This document shows positions 51,505-60,690 of a stretch of 64,000 nucleotides of DNA, piece by piece. Numbering within the stretch: position 1 is the first letter of the stretch; the number at the start of each line of letters is the position of its first letter. Position numbers and translations under genes: made by a program. This stretch comes from Peptococcaceae bacterium UBA5755 (GTDB taxonomy: Bacteria > Bacillota > Dehalobacteriia > UBA4068 > UBA5755), in assembly GCA_002419005.1 (NCBI GenBank), contig DIFF01000012.1:500241-564240 (forward strand), read 5' to 3'. The notes under the pieces are model-generated. The model did no database searches. It was not told the origin of the DNA and saw only the letters and a program-made list of their open reading frames with translations.

Positions 51505-52123
51505 GATAGAACATATAAAAGCCTATAAGCAGAATAAGAGCGCCCATTGCGATTTTTAAAATAGTGCTTGCTTTTCCATATTTTTCGCCAGAAGAAAGCT
51601 TTTGCACAAAACCAATTGATGTTCCGGCAATTATGGCAAGCATTCCGTGCCCGATTGAATACAGCAGCAACAACAGTATGCCCCAAAGGATGCTTCCTTT
51701 TCCGGCTACGATGGCAAGCAGCGCGATGAGGACCGGCGTCGAGCACGGCGAAGAAAAGATGCCGCCGAGAATCCCTGCGATAAACGCTCCGACAAACCCC
51801 TTTCTTGTGTTCTTTAAAATAAGATAGCTCGATGGAATGATTTCGAAAATGCCCCAGGTCTGTAAGGCCATAAGAATCATGAGGATACCCAGGATGATAT
51901 ACCACCAAGATGCCGAAGTACCAATTAATTTACCGGCCAGCGAAGCAATAACCCCTAGTGTCGTAAAGGTAGCCGCGGCTCCTGCCACAAAAGTTACGGA
52001 AAGCAAAAACGCTTTTTTTGTATCCCGCTGGCCTACACCGCCAACATAACCGATAACCAAAGGAATACTGGAAAGCGAACAGGGCGTAAAGGACGTAAGT
52101 ACTCCAGCCAAAAGCGCAAGCAA
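51494..52123 (-). CDS. ccdA: cytochrome c-type biogenesis / thiol-disulfide electron transfer membrane protein CcdA (DsbD family)
   Basis: There are 6 TM helices. The two conserved Cys sit in TM1 (SFTPCS) and TM4 (SSPCSTP). The start is TTG. Confidence 0.8.
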   Translation of the reverse strand: MLALLAGVLTSFTPCSLSSIPLVIGYVGGVGQRDTKKAFLLSVTFVAGAAATFTTLGVIASLAGKLIGTSASWWYIILGILMILMALQTWGIFEIIPSSYLILKNTRKGFVGAFIAGILGGIFSSPCSTPVLIALLAIVAGKGSILWGILLLLLYSIGHGMLAIIAGTSIGFVQKLSSGEKYGKASTILKIAMGALILLIGFYMFYLGF

Positions 52124-52179
52124 AGGCGCAAACTAGCCGCTCTTCGTTATAAGCTCAGATAAACTCTCCAGTATGGCAG

Positions 52180-52740
52180 TCACTCGGCCACCCCCATGTC
52201 GGCAAGGATATCCCGCATCTGATCTTCGGTCAGGCCGCCCTGATGCACGGTGAAAGCATGTTCTCCGGTTTCTTTATAGCTGTACATAGTAAACTCCACA
52301 TCAATATCGTCACTGGGAACATAGGGTGTTCCATCGGCTTCAATGAAAATCTGTGTGGGAATAACCTGTATCGGGAAACCGTCGGCTGCAGATGAATTCT
52401 TCCACACATCGACAAACTTGATAATGGCTTTCCCCTGCATTTCGGCGTTCATGGTTTCAAGAACGGGAGCCATCTCCTTGCAAGGAATGCAGGAGTCTGA
52501 GCCAAAGTCAATGATAATCGGCAGTCCGTAAGCTGTTAGCGTGTTAAGATCAACAGATTCGGTCTCCAAAACAAAATCTCCTTCATGATCAGGCGTTACA
52601 AGGTTTTCTGAGCCTTTGTCCTCCAAGGGAGCCTCCGGTGCTTCCAAACCTTTGTCAGTATTCTTAAAAAACCATATACCAACAATCACAAGGAGAATAC
52701 AGGCTGGAACGATAATTCTTATTAGTTTTTTCTTATCCAT
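52180..52740 (-). CDS. membrane-anchored thioredoxin-like (TlpA/ResA-like) thiol-disulfide oxidoreductase
   Basis: An N-terminal TM anchor and a thioredoxin-fold active site CIPC are present. Confidence 0.7.
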   Translation of the reverse strand: MDKKKLIRIIVPACILLVIVGIWFFKNTDKGLEAPEAPLEDKGSENLVTPDHEGDFVLETESVDLNTLTAYGLPIIIDFGSDSCIPCKEMAPVLETMNAEMQGKAIIKFVDVWKNSSAADGFPIQVIPTQIFIEADGTPYVPSDDIDVEFTMYSYKETGEHAFTVHQGGLTEDQMRDILADMGVAE

Positions 52741-53504
52741 CAGCAGCAGCCACCCCCGCAGGAGCAGCCGGACTTGCTGTTTTTGCCCTCGTAAAAAGCT
52801 CTTAAATTATCCGGCAGTTTATAGCCGTCGCAGGTACAGCCAAATTCAGACGGACCAAATACGGTTTTCAGAATGGCTGCGGCAAGCATTTCTTTGGGAG
52901 GTACTTCATAGTTTTCCCCATTATATTCAAATACCCGGCAGTCAACATCGGTTCCGCTGATGTCACTGCAGCAGCCGCAGCTGTTTTCCGCGACTGATTG
53001 ACAAATATCCTGACCGTTCACGCGGATTGTCGGAGAAGAAAGAAACTTAAACTGTTCGGCAAGCTCCGCTGTTTTCACCTCAATTTTGTGATACCCGACT
53101 TCGTAACCGGCAAGCCGCAACGCGGGGGTAAGTGTCATCATCACTTCATCAAGCACAGCATCCGTCCCAATGCATCTGTCACAGGTCTGCAAATCGAGAT
53201 AGAGATACTCAACGTCAATTTTCTTTTCAGAAGATGCTTCACAGCCGCAGGAACAGCAGGGTTCCTCGTTTTCCTGTGTGTCATTCGGCGGCGACCAGCC
53301 GGTGCCTTCGCCAACATAAGTGATCGCTCCAACCGGACAGCGGTTGCCGCAGCCGTGGCAATGGTCGATACAGGCTTCCGGATTCGTTACAACGGGTGAC
53401 GGGGCTTTCACGGTATCATAAACGCCATGGGGACACTTTGAAATGCAGGTGCCGCACTCTGTACAGGTCAAATAGTCTATAACGGGATACCATGTCTTTG
53501 CCAT
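52740..53504 (-). CDS. 4Fe-4S ferredoxin domain fused to a Cys-rich DUF2703-like domain
   Basis: The N-terminus has CTECGTCISKCP...CHGCGNRCP. The C-terminus has several CxC/CC clusters, ending in GCSCGGGCC. Confidence 0.65.
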   Translation of the reverse strand: MAKTWYPVIDYLTCTECGTCISKCPHGVYDTVKAPSPVVTNPEACIDHCHGCGNRCPVGAITYVGEGTGWSPPNDTQENEEPCCSCGCEASSEKKIDVEYLYLDLQTCDRCIGTDAVLDEVMMTLTPALRLAGYEVGYHKIEVKTAELAEQFKFLSSPTIRVNGQDICQSVAENSCGCCSDISGTDVDCRVFEYNGENYEVPPKEMLAAAILKTVFGPSEFGCTCDGYKLPDNLRAFYEGKNSKSGCSCGGGCC

Positions 53505-53516
53505 AATATTTTCCTC

Positions 53517-54554
53517 CTATATGATGAATCCCTGAATAGCATTGAAAAAGTAACCTACAGTGATAATGCCGACGGTACAGATGGCAATAAACAGCGTCAG
53601 CAGCTTTGGTTTGACCGCTTTGCGGAGCATGATCATGGACGGCAGGGACAACGTGGTGACGGCCATCATAAATGACAGTATGGAGCCAAGCTGCGCCCCT
53701 TTGTATAACAGAGCTTCCGCAATCGGGATCGTACCAAAGATGTCGGCATACATCGGAACTCCCACCAGCGTTGCCAACATGACCCCAAAGGGATTTTTGC
53801 TGCCGAGCACCGTTGCCACCCATTCCTCTGGGATCCAGTTGTGGATAACAGCGCCGATACCCACGCCGAACAAAATATAGGGGAACACTTTTTTAAAGGT
53901 GGAGAGCATCTGCTCCTTGGCGTAAATCAGCCGGTCTTTCTTCGTCAGGTCCGGCGATTCAATATCCACACTGCCGGCTGTCAGAATGAAGCTTTCAACG
54001 TGTTTTTCCATGTGCAGCTTCTCAATGAGCGTGCCGCCGATTACCGCGATGATCAGGCCGACAATCACATAGACGACGGCTACCTTTGCACCAAAAATGC
54101 TCATCAGCAGGAGCAGTGAACCGAGATCCACCATCGGCGAGGAAATCAGGAATGAGAACGTCACGCCGACGGGAAGTCCTGCTGATGTGAAGCCGATGAA
54201 CAACGGTATGGACGAACAAGAACAAAAAGGCGTGACCGTGCCGAGCAAAGCCGCCACACTGTTCGCTCTAATCCCATGGAAACGCCCAAGTATTCTCTTG
54301 CTGCGTTCCGGCGGAAAGTAGCTTTGAATGTAACTGATGAGAAAGATTAGGAAGCACAGCAGTACCGTTATCTTAATCACATCGTATAGAAAAAACTCAA
54401 TGCTTCCGACCAGGCGGGTGGACGTATCAAACCTCATAGCGGCAAGAGCGCTTCCGATCAGCCCATCCAGCCATTTCATGCCGAGAATCTGATACTGGAA
54501 AAAATCCCAGATTACTTTTAATATTTGCATTGCAGGAAGACCCTCTCTTTCCAT
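53517..54554 (-). CDS. ArsP-like permease (COG0701, TPFCSCSS motif)
   Basis: 345 aa with 8-10 TM helices. The VTPFCSCSSIP motif is characteristic of the organoarsenical / predicted permease family. Confidence 0.75.
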   Translation of the reverse strand: MEREGLPAMQILKVIWDFFQYQILGMKWLDGLIGSALAAMRFDTSTRLVGSIEFFLYDVIKITVLLCFLIFLISYIQSYFPPERSKRILGRFHGIRANSVAALLGTVTPFCSCSSIPLFIGFTSAGLPVGVTFSFLISSPMVDLGSLLLLMSIFGAKVAVVYVIVGLIIAVIGGTLIEKLHMEKHVESFILTAGSVDIESPDLTKKDRLIYAKEQMLSTFKKVFPYILFGVGIGAVIHNWIPEEWVATVLGSKNPFGVMLATLVGVPMYADIFGTIPIAEALLYKGAQLGSILSFMMAVTTLSLPSMIMLRKAVKPKLLTLFIAICTVGIITVGYFFNAIQGFII

Positions 54555-54620
54555 AAAGGGGAATTATAGCAAATAAATTTGATGTATGGTGCTTTTTAAA
54601 AGCCATCGTCTGGATAGCTT

Positions 54621-55001
54621 TTATTTTTTACAGCAATTGTTTTTTTCAATCACCGTGTTTGGCTTTGTCAGTTCCTTCAGTAGGGTACCGGCATAGGCGC
54701 TGCCTTTTTCGCTGATTTTATAGTGCGTCCATTTGCCTTCCTGGCAGCTCTCCACAACGCCCGACTCAACCAAAATCTTCATGTGGTAGGAAAGCCCCGA
54801 CTGCCCCAAGTCCAGTTGTTCCAGTAAAACACAGGCGCATTTTTCGCCGCCGCGCAACAATTCAAGAATCCTCAGACGCTTTTCATCGCAGAAGGCCTTA
54901 AACACTTTCGCATGTTCTTCGTAAATTGTTGCCAAGTTATCACCCCATATCAAAATTATTTGATATGTTTTTAGTATATGCTTCAAATCAAATTTTGTCA
55001 A
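54621..55001 (-). CDS. arsR: ArsR/SmtB-family metalloregulator
   Basis: The HTH is FCDEKRLRILELL. The metal-site Cys pair EKCACVLLEQL is present. It is the first gene of the minus-strand island. Confidence 0.85.
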   Translation of the reverse strand: MTKFDLKHILKTYQIILIWGDNLATIYEEHAKVFKAFCDEKRLRILELLRGGEKCACVLLEQLDLGQSGLSYHMKILVESGVVESCQEGKWTHYKISEKGSAYAGTLLKELTKPNTVIEKNNCCKK

Positions 55002-55095
55002 TATGATCTGCTTTCATCAAAAAATTATTCTCTATATGATTTTATACATTAATCACCGATCAAAAATCGGTTGCTTTACTAGTAAATGCGCATAA

Positions 55096-55133
55096 GAAAA
55101 AAGCCTGCAAAACCGCATGGCTACAGGCTTTTA
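55096..55133 (-). terminator. terminator downstream of tRNA-Ser
   Basis: On the minus strand an AGCCTG...CAGGCT hairpin is followed by TTTTTTC. Confidence 0.5.
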
Positions 55134-55136
55134 GAT

Positions 55137-55230
55137 TGGCGGAGTGGGTGGGATTCGAACCCACGGACCGGCTCATCACCGATCAAACGATTTCGAGTCG
55201 TTCTCGTTATGACCTCTTCGATACCACTCC
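55137..55230 (-). tRNA. tRNA-Ser (anticodon CGA)
   Basis: The minus-strand sequence GGAGTGGTATCGAAG...ACGACTCGAAATCGTT...GTGGGTTCGAATCCCACCCACTCCGCCA folds as a cloverleaf with a long variable arm. The anticodon loop is CTCGAAA, the discriminator is G, and CCA is encoded. Confidence 0.9.
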
Positions 55231-55707
55231 ATGTTTGTTTTGCTGGGGTTGGTCTCGGCGGCTCCGAAAAAAATCTTGCAGAATAGCGGCACACTCCGCT
55301 TCCATTATACCACCCAAAACCTGTACTCGATGATTAAAGGAAGGGTTGTTGACAATGTTAACCCAGGTACCTGCCGCCCCCATTTTGGGATCCATAGCCC
55401 CATACACCAACTGAGAAAGCCGAGCCAAAACCATGGCCCCCGCACACATGGGGCAAGGCTCCAGGGTAACATACAAAGTGCAACCCAGAAGCTTTTCACT
55501 ACCCAAATTTTTGCTGGCCTCGGCCAGGGCAATCATTTCTGCATGACACATGGCATTATTGTTGCTGCGGGTTAGGTTGTGGCCAGAACCTATAACCTTA
55601 TCTTTATATACTACCACAGCCCCCACAGGCACCTCGTCTTTTGCTTTGGCCAAAGCAGCCTGGGCTAAAGCCAGCTCCATATATTGATTATGCTGTATTA
55701 TGGTCAT
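55207..55707 (-). CDS. tadA: tRNA-specific adenosine deaminase TadA
   Basis: The CDA zinc motifs are HAEMIAL and PCPMCAGA. An in-frame stop is only reached 24 nt inside the tRNA-Ser gene. The start is ATG 55707 (MTIIQ), preceded by GGGA. Confidence 0.85.
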   Translation of the reverse strand: MTIIQHNQYMELALAQAALAKAKDEVPVGAVVVYKDKVIGSGHNLTRSNNNAMCHAEMIALAEASKNLGSEKLLGCTLYVTLEPCPMCAGAMVLARLSQLVYGAMDPKMGAAGTWVNIVNNPSFNHRVQVLGGIMEAECAAILQDFFRSRRDQPQQNKHGVVSKRS

Positions 55708-55723
55708 TTTTATCCCAACTTTT

Positions 55724-56191
55724 TTATAGTTTTGGGGGGTTATCCGCAATTGTAGGCGATTTTAGGATATTTAAATATTCCCGAGCAACATTTTTGCCGG
55801 CCGCTAAATTTAGAGTACGGTTGTTACCGCACATGGCTTTTTTGTCACCCGGCATTTTGGTTGCCTCACAAATCAGCTCGCAGGCCTGCATTAAATTTTG
55901 ATGGATGCTCTCATAATCCAGGCAACATGTTATCACATAAAAGCCGGTTAAGCAACCCATGGGGCCAACATAAATTATTTTTTTGGCTTCCGGTAATTGT
56001 CTTAAATAATAAGCCAAAAGATGCTCAAAGCTGTGGCCTTCTTCTACGGTTAAAGTAGGGTCTTTGTACGGACGACGTATCCTTAAATCGTAGGTGGTGA
56101 TGCTAGCCGGGCCAAAAACATCTGCCCTAGAGGTATAAAGCCCTGGCAGCAACAAATCATGATCGATTTCAAAGCTTGGTAAATTGGTCAT
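55724..56191 (-). CDS. luxS: S-ribosylhomocysteine lyase LuxS
   Basis: The metal-binding motif is HSFEHLLA. The ORF is collinear with LuxS. Confidence 0.9.
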   Translation of the reverse strand: MTNLPSFEIDHDLLLPGLYTSRADVFGPASITTYDLRIRRPYKDPTLTVEEGHSFEHLLAYYLRQLPEAKKIIYVGPMGCLTGFYVITCCLDYESIHQNLMQACELICEATKMPGDKKAMCGNNRTLNLAAGKNVAREYLNILKSPTIADNPPKL

Positions 56192-56213
56192 AGGAACTCC
56201 CTTCTTTTTTTAA

Positions 56214-56879
56214 TTAACCGGTTATTTTGGCTAAAACTTGCAAGCCAAGTTCCCCGTTGGCCAGGCTGCTTTCTTTGGCAGCAATGGCAATTATCTCTTT
56301 TATGGCGGCCGGACTAAGGTTAAGCACTAGGCCAGCACCCATGTGAAACTCCAGTTGGCCAAAGCTGTTCCCCAAAGTTACAATGCTGGCAATTATGCCA
56401 ACCTCGCGGTAGATTTTGCCAAGATGCGGCCGCCCATATAAATCACCATAGGCAAAATCTATAATAAAATCTACCAGTTCGGGGCTAAAACTTTGATACT
56501 TTTGCCGCAAGGATGCCTCTTGAACCGGGTTGACAAGAGCCAGCTCCTGACTGCCCAAAGCGGCTCTTTTTGGGGCTTCGGTGGCGGGGGTAGTTGGCAT
56601 GAGCGGCATATTTTCACCATATTTTTTCACCAGCACTTCTTGCAAGATATCAAGGGCATTGATAGCCCGAGGAAAACCCACATAAGCCAGAAGTTGCAAA
56701 AAAAGTTCTTTTAGGCAAGCAGCACTACAACCGGCTTCCAGAGCTTGGCACAGGGTTTCCTCTAACTTTGTTTTGTTGTTGCCCAGGGTGGCAAAAACAG
56801 AAAGAATAGCAATATATCGGGCTATTGTGTCAAGCTGAGGCAAAGAACCATATATTTTTTCATCCACTCTATATTCCAT
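56214..56879 (-). CDS. carboxymuconolactone decarboxylase (CMD/AhpD-like) family protein
   Basis: The AhpD-like fold is present twice. Confidence 0.65.
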   Translation of the reverse strand: MEYRVDEKIYGSLPQLDTIARYIAILSVFATLGNNKTKLEETLCQALEAGCSAACLKELFLQLLAYVGFPRAINALDILQEVLVKKYGENMPLMPTTPATEAPKRAALGSQELALVNPVQEASLRQKYQSFSPELVDFIIDFAYGDLYGRPHLGKIYREVGIIASIVTLGNSFGQLEFHMGAGLVLNLSPAAIKEIIAIAAKESSLANGELGLQVLAKITG

Positions 56880-57058
56880 ACCTTGCCCTTCTTGAACGCA
56901 ACAGCAAAAATATTTTAATAATTTAATAATATTATATCAATTTTTGTTTTTTATTAAAAGAGGCTTTTCGCAAAGGGTGTCATTATTTGCAATGCTTCTG
57001 CTAAAATAATGTAAAAATAAATTCCTTTTGGCAAAAATAAGTCGTTTAAAAGAAAAAT

Positions 57059-58174
57059 TTGGTTGGTGGACAAAATTTACTTTATAGGATATACTTTGAG
57101 CAGATTATCTTTATTTGTTTGGGGTTAAAAATATTTGCTACAAAAGGGGTTTTTGGGGTGCTCGCCAAACCTTGCTTCAAAAAACACATTTCTATTTTTC
57201 TTTTTGCTTTGTTATTAGGACCTTTATTTTGGTTCCTTTCTTTTGAGTTAGGTAACAGCAGCGCCTTTACCTTAACAACCCCTGCCGAGCAGGAAGATTA
57301 TGTCAGGCCTGGTTTAGCTTTTTTTTACCTGCAGCAGGATTGGCCGTCCACTTTGCCGGCAGAAAACAATGTTTTATTTTTGGTTAACAAATCTAACTCT
57401 TTAGAAACAACATATATGCCGGAAAATTTAGTGTCTTTATCGGCCTATGTGCCGGTAGCCAGAAATGATGTTTTGTTTAAAGATGTAGCCGCCGAAGCCA
57501 TAAAAAAGATATATCTGGATATGCAAAAAGCAGGCATAAGCGACCTTAAGTCAACAAGTGCTTATCGGAATTATACATATCAAGCCACTCTTTACAAAAA
57601 CAAGATAGCTGAATACAGAAAAAAGGGCTATTCTTTAGCTAGTGCCACCACCTTGGCAGAGCAAATTGTGGTGCCGGCCGGAACCTCGGAACATCAGACA
57701 GGTTTGGCCTTAGATTTAACCACTAGTGCTTTAAACGGTCGGTTGGTGGAGGCCTTTAGCGAAACCCCCGCCGGAGAATGGTTGGCTGAAAATTGCTGGA
57801 AATATGGTTTTATTATTCGCTACGGAGCCGACAAAACAACTTTGACCGGTTGTGTTTGGGAACCGTGGCATTTGCGCTTTGTGGGGCTTCCTCACAGCCT
57901 TTACATGAAGGAAAACTCTTTGTGCTATGAGGAATATTTAGCTTGGTTGCAAAGCAGCGGACAATATACTTATGAGGCAGAAACAGGCAATGTTTATGCC
58001 GTATATTATACAAAAAACCTTGATGAATTTTCTACAACAAACTTAGTTACTGAGGTTTCCAGTGATAACCTTGGCGGGTATATAATAACCACCCAAATAA
58101 TACCCCAAATTTTACCCGGTATCTCTTTGATGGATTGGCAGATGCTTATAACTTATACTGTTTTGGGATTATAA
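57059..58174 (+). CDS. D-alanyl-D-alanine carboxypeptidase (VanY / peptidase M15B family), membrane-anchored
   Basis: It has an N-terminal TM helix. The SxHxxGxAxD-like zinc ligand is EHQTGLALDL and a WHLRF motif is present. The true start is probably an internal GTG/ATG. Confidence 0.75.
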   Translation: MVGGQNLLYRIYFEQIIFICLGLKIFATKGVFGVLAKPCFKKHISIFLFALLLGPLFWFLSFELGNSSAFTLTTPAEQEDYVRPGLAFFYLQQDWPSTLPAENNVLFLVNKSNSLETTYMPENLVSLSAYVPVARNDVLFKDVAAEAIKKIYLDMQKAGISDLKSTSAYRNYTYQATLYKNKIAEYRKKGYSLASATTLAEQIVVPAGTSEHQTGLALDLTTSALNGRLVEAFSETPAGEWLAENCWKYGFIIRYGADKTTLTGCVWEPWHLRFVGLPHSLYMKENSLCYEEYLAWLQSSGQYTYEAETGNVYAVYYTKNLDEFSTTNLVTEVSSDNLGGYIITTQIIPQILPGISLMDWQMLITYTVLGL

Positions 58175-58206
58175 TTAGTTAGTTTGTGGAATTTTACAGT
58201 TTAACA

Positions 58207-58240
58207 GGGACTCCCTTTAAAAAAGGGAGTCCCTTTATGT
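58207..58240. terminator. bidirectional terminator (VanY and metH)
   Basis: GGGACTCCCTTT-AAAAAA-GGGAGTCCC is followed by T's. Confidence 0.8.
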
Positions 58241-58253
58241 TTTATGTGTTTTA

Positions 58254-60659
58254 TTACTTAGTAAACAAACTTTCGGCATACCGCACAGCGCCCATAGCAT
58301 CTTTGGAGTAAAAATCGGCCCCTATCATATCTGCGTATTTTTGAGTCAAAACTGCTCCGCCTACCATTACCCGGCAGCCTGGAGCTACTTTTTTTAATAA
58401 TTTTATTGTTTCTTCCATGCTAACCACTGTGGTGGTCATTAAAGCACTTAGGCCCACCACAGCAATGTTGTTGGCCAGCACAGTTTCCGCCACCAAATGC
58501 GGGTCTACATCCTTACCTAGGTCAATCACATTGAAACCATAGTTTTCTAAAAGCACTTTAACAATATTTTTGCCAATATCATGCACATCGCCTTTAACCG
58601 TGGCCAAAACTATTGTGCCTTTTGCTTCTCTTTTGCTGCCTTTTTTGCTCAAGGCGGTTTTTATTTTTTCGAAGGCCGCCTTAGCAGCTTCCGCACTCAT
58701 TAAAAGCTGAGGCAAAAAGATGGTTTTTGCCTCAAAACCTTTGCCTATGTAATCTAAAGCGGAAATTATATCTTCATCGACAATGGCGAGAGCATCTTTT
58801 GTTTGTAGCAATTTTTCTGTTGCCTGAGCTGCATTTTGCGCAAGCCCTTTTACTACTGCATTAAACAGTCTATCTTCTTGGGTGGGGGATGGCTGGCCCG
58901 GGGCATTTTGTCCGACCCCGGCTGCAGAAGCATCTTGAACAGAATATTTGGCTATGTAATTTCGGCATTGCTCATCGTGGGCCGCAAGCACGCAAAAACT
59001 ATCATATACTTGCATCATCTGTTTGCTTAAAGGATTAATGATCCCGGCACTTAAGCCATCTGCCAAGGCCATGGCAAAAAAGGCGGCATTTACGTTTTCC
59101 CTTTGGGGTAGGCCAAAAGATATGTTAGAAACACCCAGCACCGTGTGGGCACGAAGCACATTTTTAACATGTTGCATAGCTTTCAACGTTACCAACCCGT
59201 TTTGGCTGCCGGTACTGATGGTCATAGTTAGAGTATCAAAAATTAAGTCCTTTTTTTCGATGCCGTATTCGTCAGCCTTTTTTATTATCTTTTCCGCAAT
59301 TTTTATTCTTTCAGCTGCTGTTTCCGGAATGCCGTTTTCATCCAAGGTAAGACAAATAACAACACCACCATATTTTTGCACTAGCGGGAAAATTTCTTCC
59401 ATTGATTCTTTTTTGCCGTTTACCGAATTAATGAGGGGTTTGCCATTATATATCCGCATAGCCCGCTCCATTGCCCGCGCGCTGGAGGTATCTATTTGTA
59501 ACGGCAAATCGGTTATGCCTTGCAAACCCAAAATAACTTTTTCAAGCATTTTTGTTTCGTTAATTTCCGGCAACCCAACATTCACATCCAAAATGTGGGC
59601 TCCGCCTTCCTGCTGGGCCAGAGCCTCTTTAAAAATGTAGGTCATGTCATCTTCCCGCAGGGCTTGTTTGAGCATTGGTTTGCCGGTGGGGTTTATTCTC
59701 TCCCCAATTATTAAGGGTTTTTCTTTAAAACATACAGCCCGTCCATAAGAAGAAACCACTGTGAGGTCTTTTTTGACTTGTTTTGGTGTAACCTCGCCTA
59801 AACACAATTCTATGGTTTGTTTTAAGTGTTCCGGCGTGGTGCCACAACAACCGCCTAGCACCATTGCCCCGCCCTTTGCCAGCTGCAAAGCAGCCTGAGC
59901 AAATTCTGCCGGGGTCGCGGCAAAAATTGTTTTGCCATTTACCACTGCCGGCAAACCAGCATTGGGATTGATAACAATGGGAAGCGAGGTACAGGCAACC
60001 AAATCGGGCAAAATATTTAGCATTTGTTGGGGGCCAAAACCACAGTTGAAACCAAGAGCGTCTACCCGCAAACCTTCCAGCATGGCAACAGCGGCGGCAA
60101 TGTCGCCGCCTGTTAAAAGACGGCCCTCTTCATCAAAAATCATGGTTACGATGACGGGGAGGTCGCTATTTTCTTTGGCAGCCAGCACTGCAGCCTTTGT
60201 TTCATAGGTGTCACTCATAGTTTCGATCAGGATTAGTTCGGCTCCTGCAGTTACCCCAGCACAAACCATCTCTTTAAAGGCTTTATAGGCCTCATCAAAA
60301 GACAGCTCACCCAAAGGCTGCATGAGTTTGCCCAAAGCTCCAATATCTAAAGCCACATAGGCCTCTTTATTTGTTTCTTTGATGGCTCTTTTGGCTATGT
60401 TTACCCCCTGCTCGATTGTTTCCTTTACACCATAGGAAGCTTGCGCCAGCTTGTACTTGTTGGCTCCGAAGGTGTTGGTCTTTATTATGTGGCAACCGGC
60501 AGCAAGATAACCTTTGTGAATATCAAGTACCGCTTGCGCGTGGGTAAAGTTCCATTGTTCGGGCATTTCGGTGGTAGACAGGCCTTTATCTTGCAACATG
60601 GTGCCCATTGCTCCATCGAAGAACAATATTTTTTTACCCAGCACATCTTTAAAATTCAT
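58254..60659 (-). CDS. metH: cobalamin-dependent methionine synthase MetH (Hcy, pterin and B12-binding modules, with no activation domain)
   Basis: It has an N-terminal homocysteine-binding domain (ILFFDGAMGT), a pterin-binding domain and a C-terminal B12-binding domain (DxHxxG-like DVHDIGKN). The probable start is Met42 (MNFKDV) of the track ORF. Confidence 0.85.
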   Translation of the reverse strand: MNFKDVLGKKILFFDGAMGTMLQDKGLSTTEMPEQWNFTHAQAVLDIHKGYLAAGCHIIKTNTFGANKYKLAQASYGVKETIEQGVNIAKRAIKETNKEAYVALDIGALGKLMQPLGELSFDEAYKAFKEMVCAGVTAGAELILIETMSDTYETKAAVLAAKENSDLPVIVTMIFDEEGRLLTGGDIAAAVAMLEGLRVDALGFNCGFGPQQMLNILPDLVACTSLPIVINPNAGLPAVVNGKTIFAATPAEFAQAALQLAKGGAMVLGGCCGTTPEHLKQTIELCLGEVTPKQVKKDLTVVSSYGRAVCFKEKPLIIGERINPTGKPMLKQALREDDMTYIFKEALAQQEGGAHILDVNVGLPEINETKMLEKVILGLQGITDLPLQIDTSSARAMERAMRIYNGKPLINSVNGKKESMEEIFPLVQKYGGVVICLTLDENGIPETAAERIKIAEKIIKKADEYGIEKKDLIFDTLTMTISTGSQNGLVTLKAMQHVKNVLRAHTVLGVSNISFGLPQRENVNAAFFAMALADGLSAGIINPLSKQMMQVYDSFCVLAAHDEQCRNYIAKYSVQDASAAGVGQNAPGQPSPTQEDRLFNAVVKGLAQNAAQATEKLLQTKDALAIVDEDIISALDYIGKGFEAKTIFLPQLLMSAEAAKAAFEKIKTALSKKGSKREAKGTIVLATVKGDVHDIGKNIVKVLLENYGFNVIDLGKDVDPHLVAETVLANNIAVVGLSALMTTTVVSMEETIKLLKKVAPGCRVMVGGAVLTQKYADMIGADFYSKDAMGAVRYAESLFTK

Positions 60660-60690
60660 CAACTTCTCCCCCGTTTTCTTTTTTGTTGCT

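Noticed and set aside
51348-51908. A minus-strand 186-aa ORF overlapping ccdA and the thioredoxin-like gene in another frame
   Set aside because: It is an alternate-frame artefact in a GC-rich region. ccdA and the redox-active disulfide protein have conserved motifs.
52124-52190. An in-frame TAG upstream of ccdA (GRVTAILESLSELITKSG*FAPLLALLAG...) that could suggest TAG recoding
   Set aside because: Most simply, ccdA starts at the TTG just after the TAG (MLALLAGVLTSFTPCS is a normal CcdA N-terminus). TAG is also used as a genuine stop elsewhere, for example in uvrB, so no recoding is needed.
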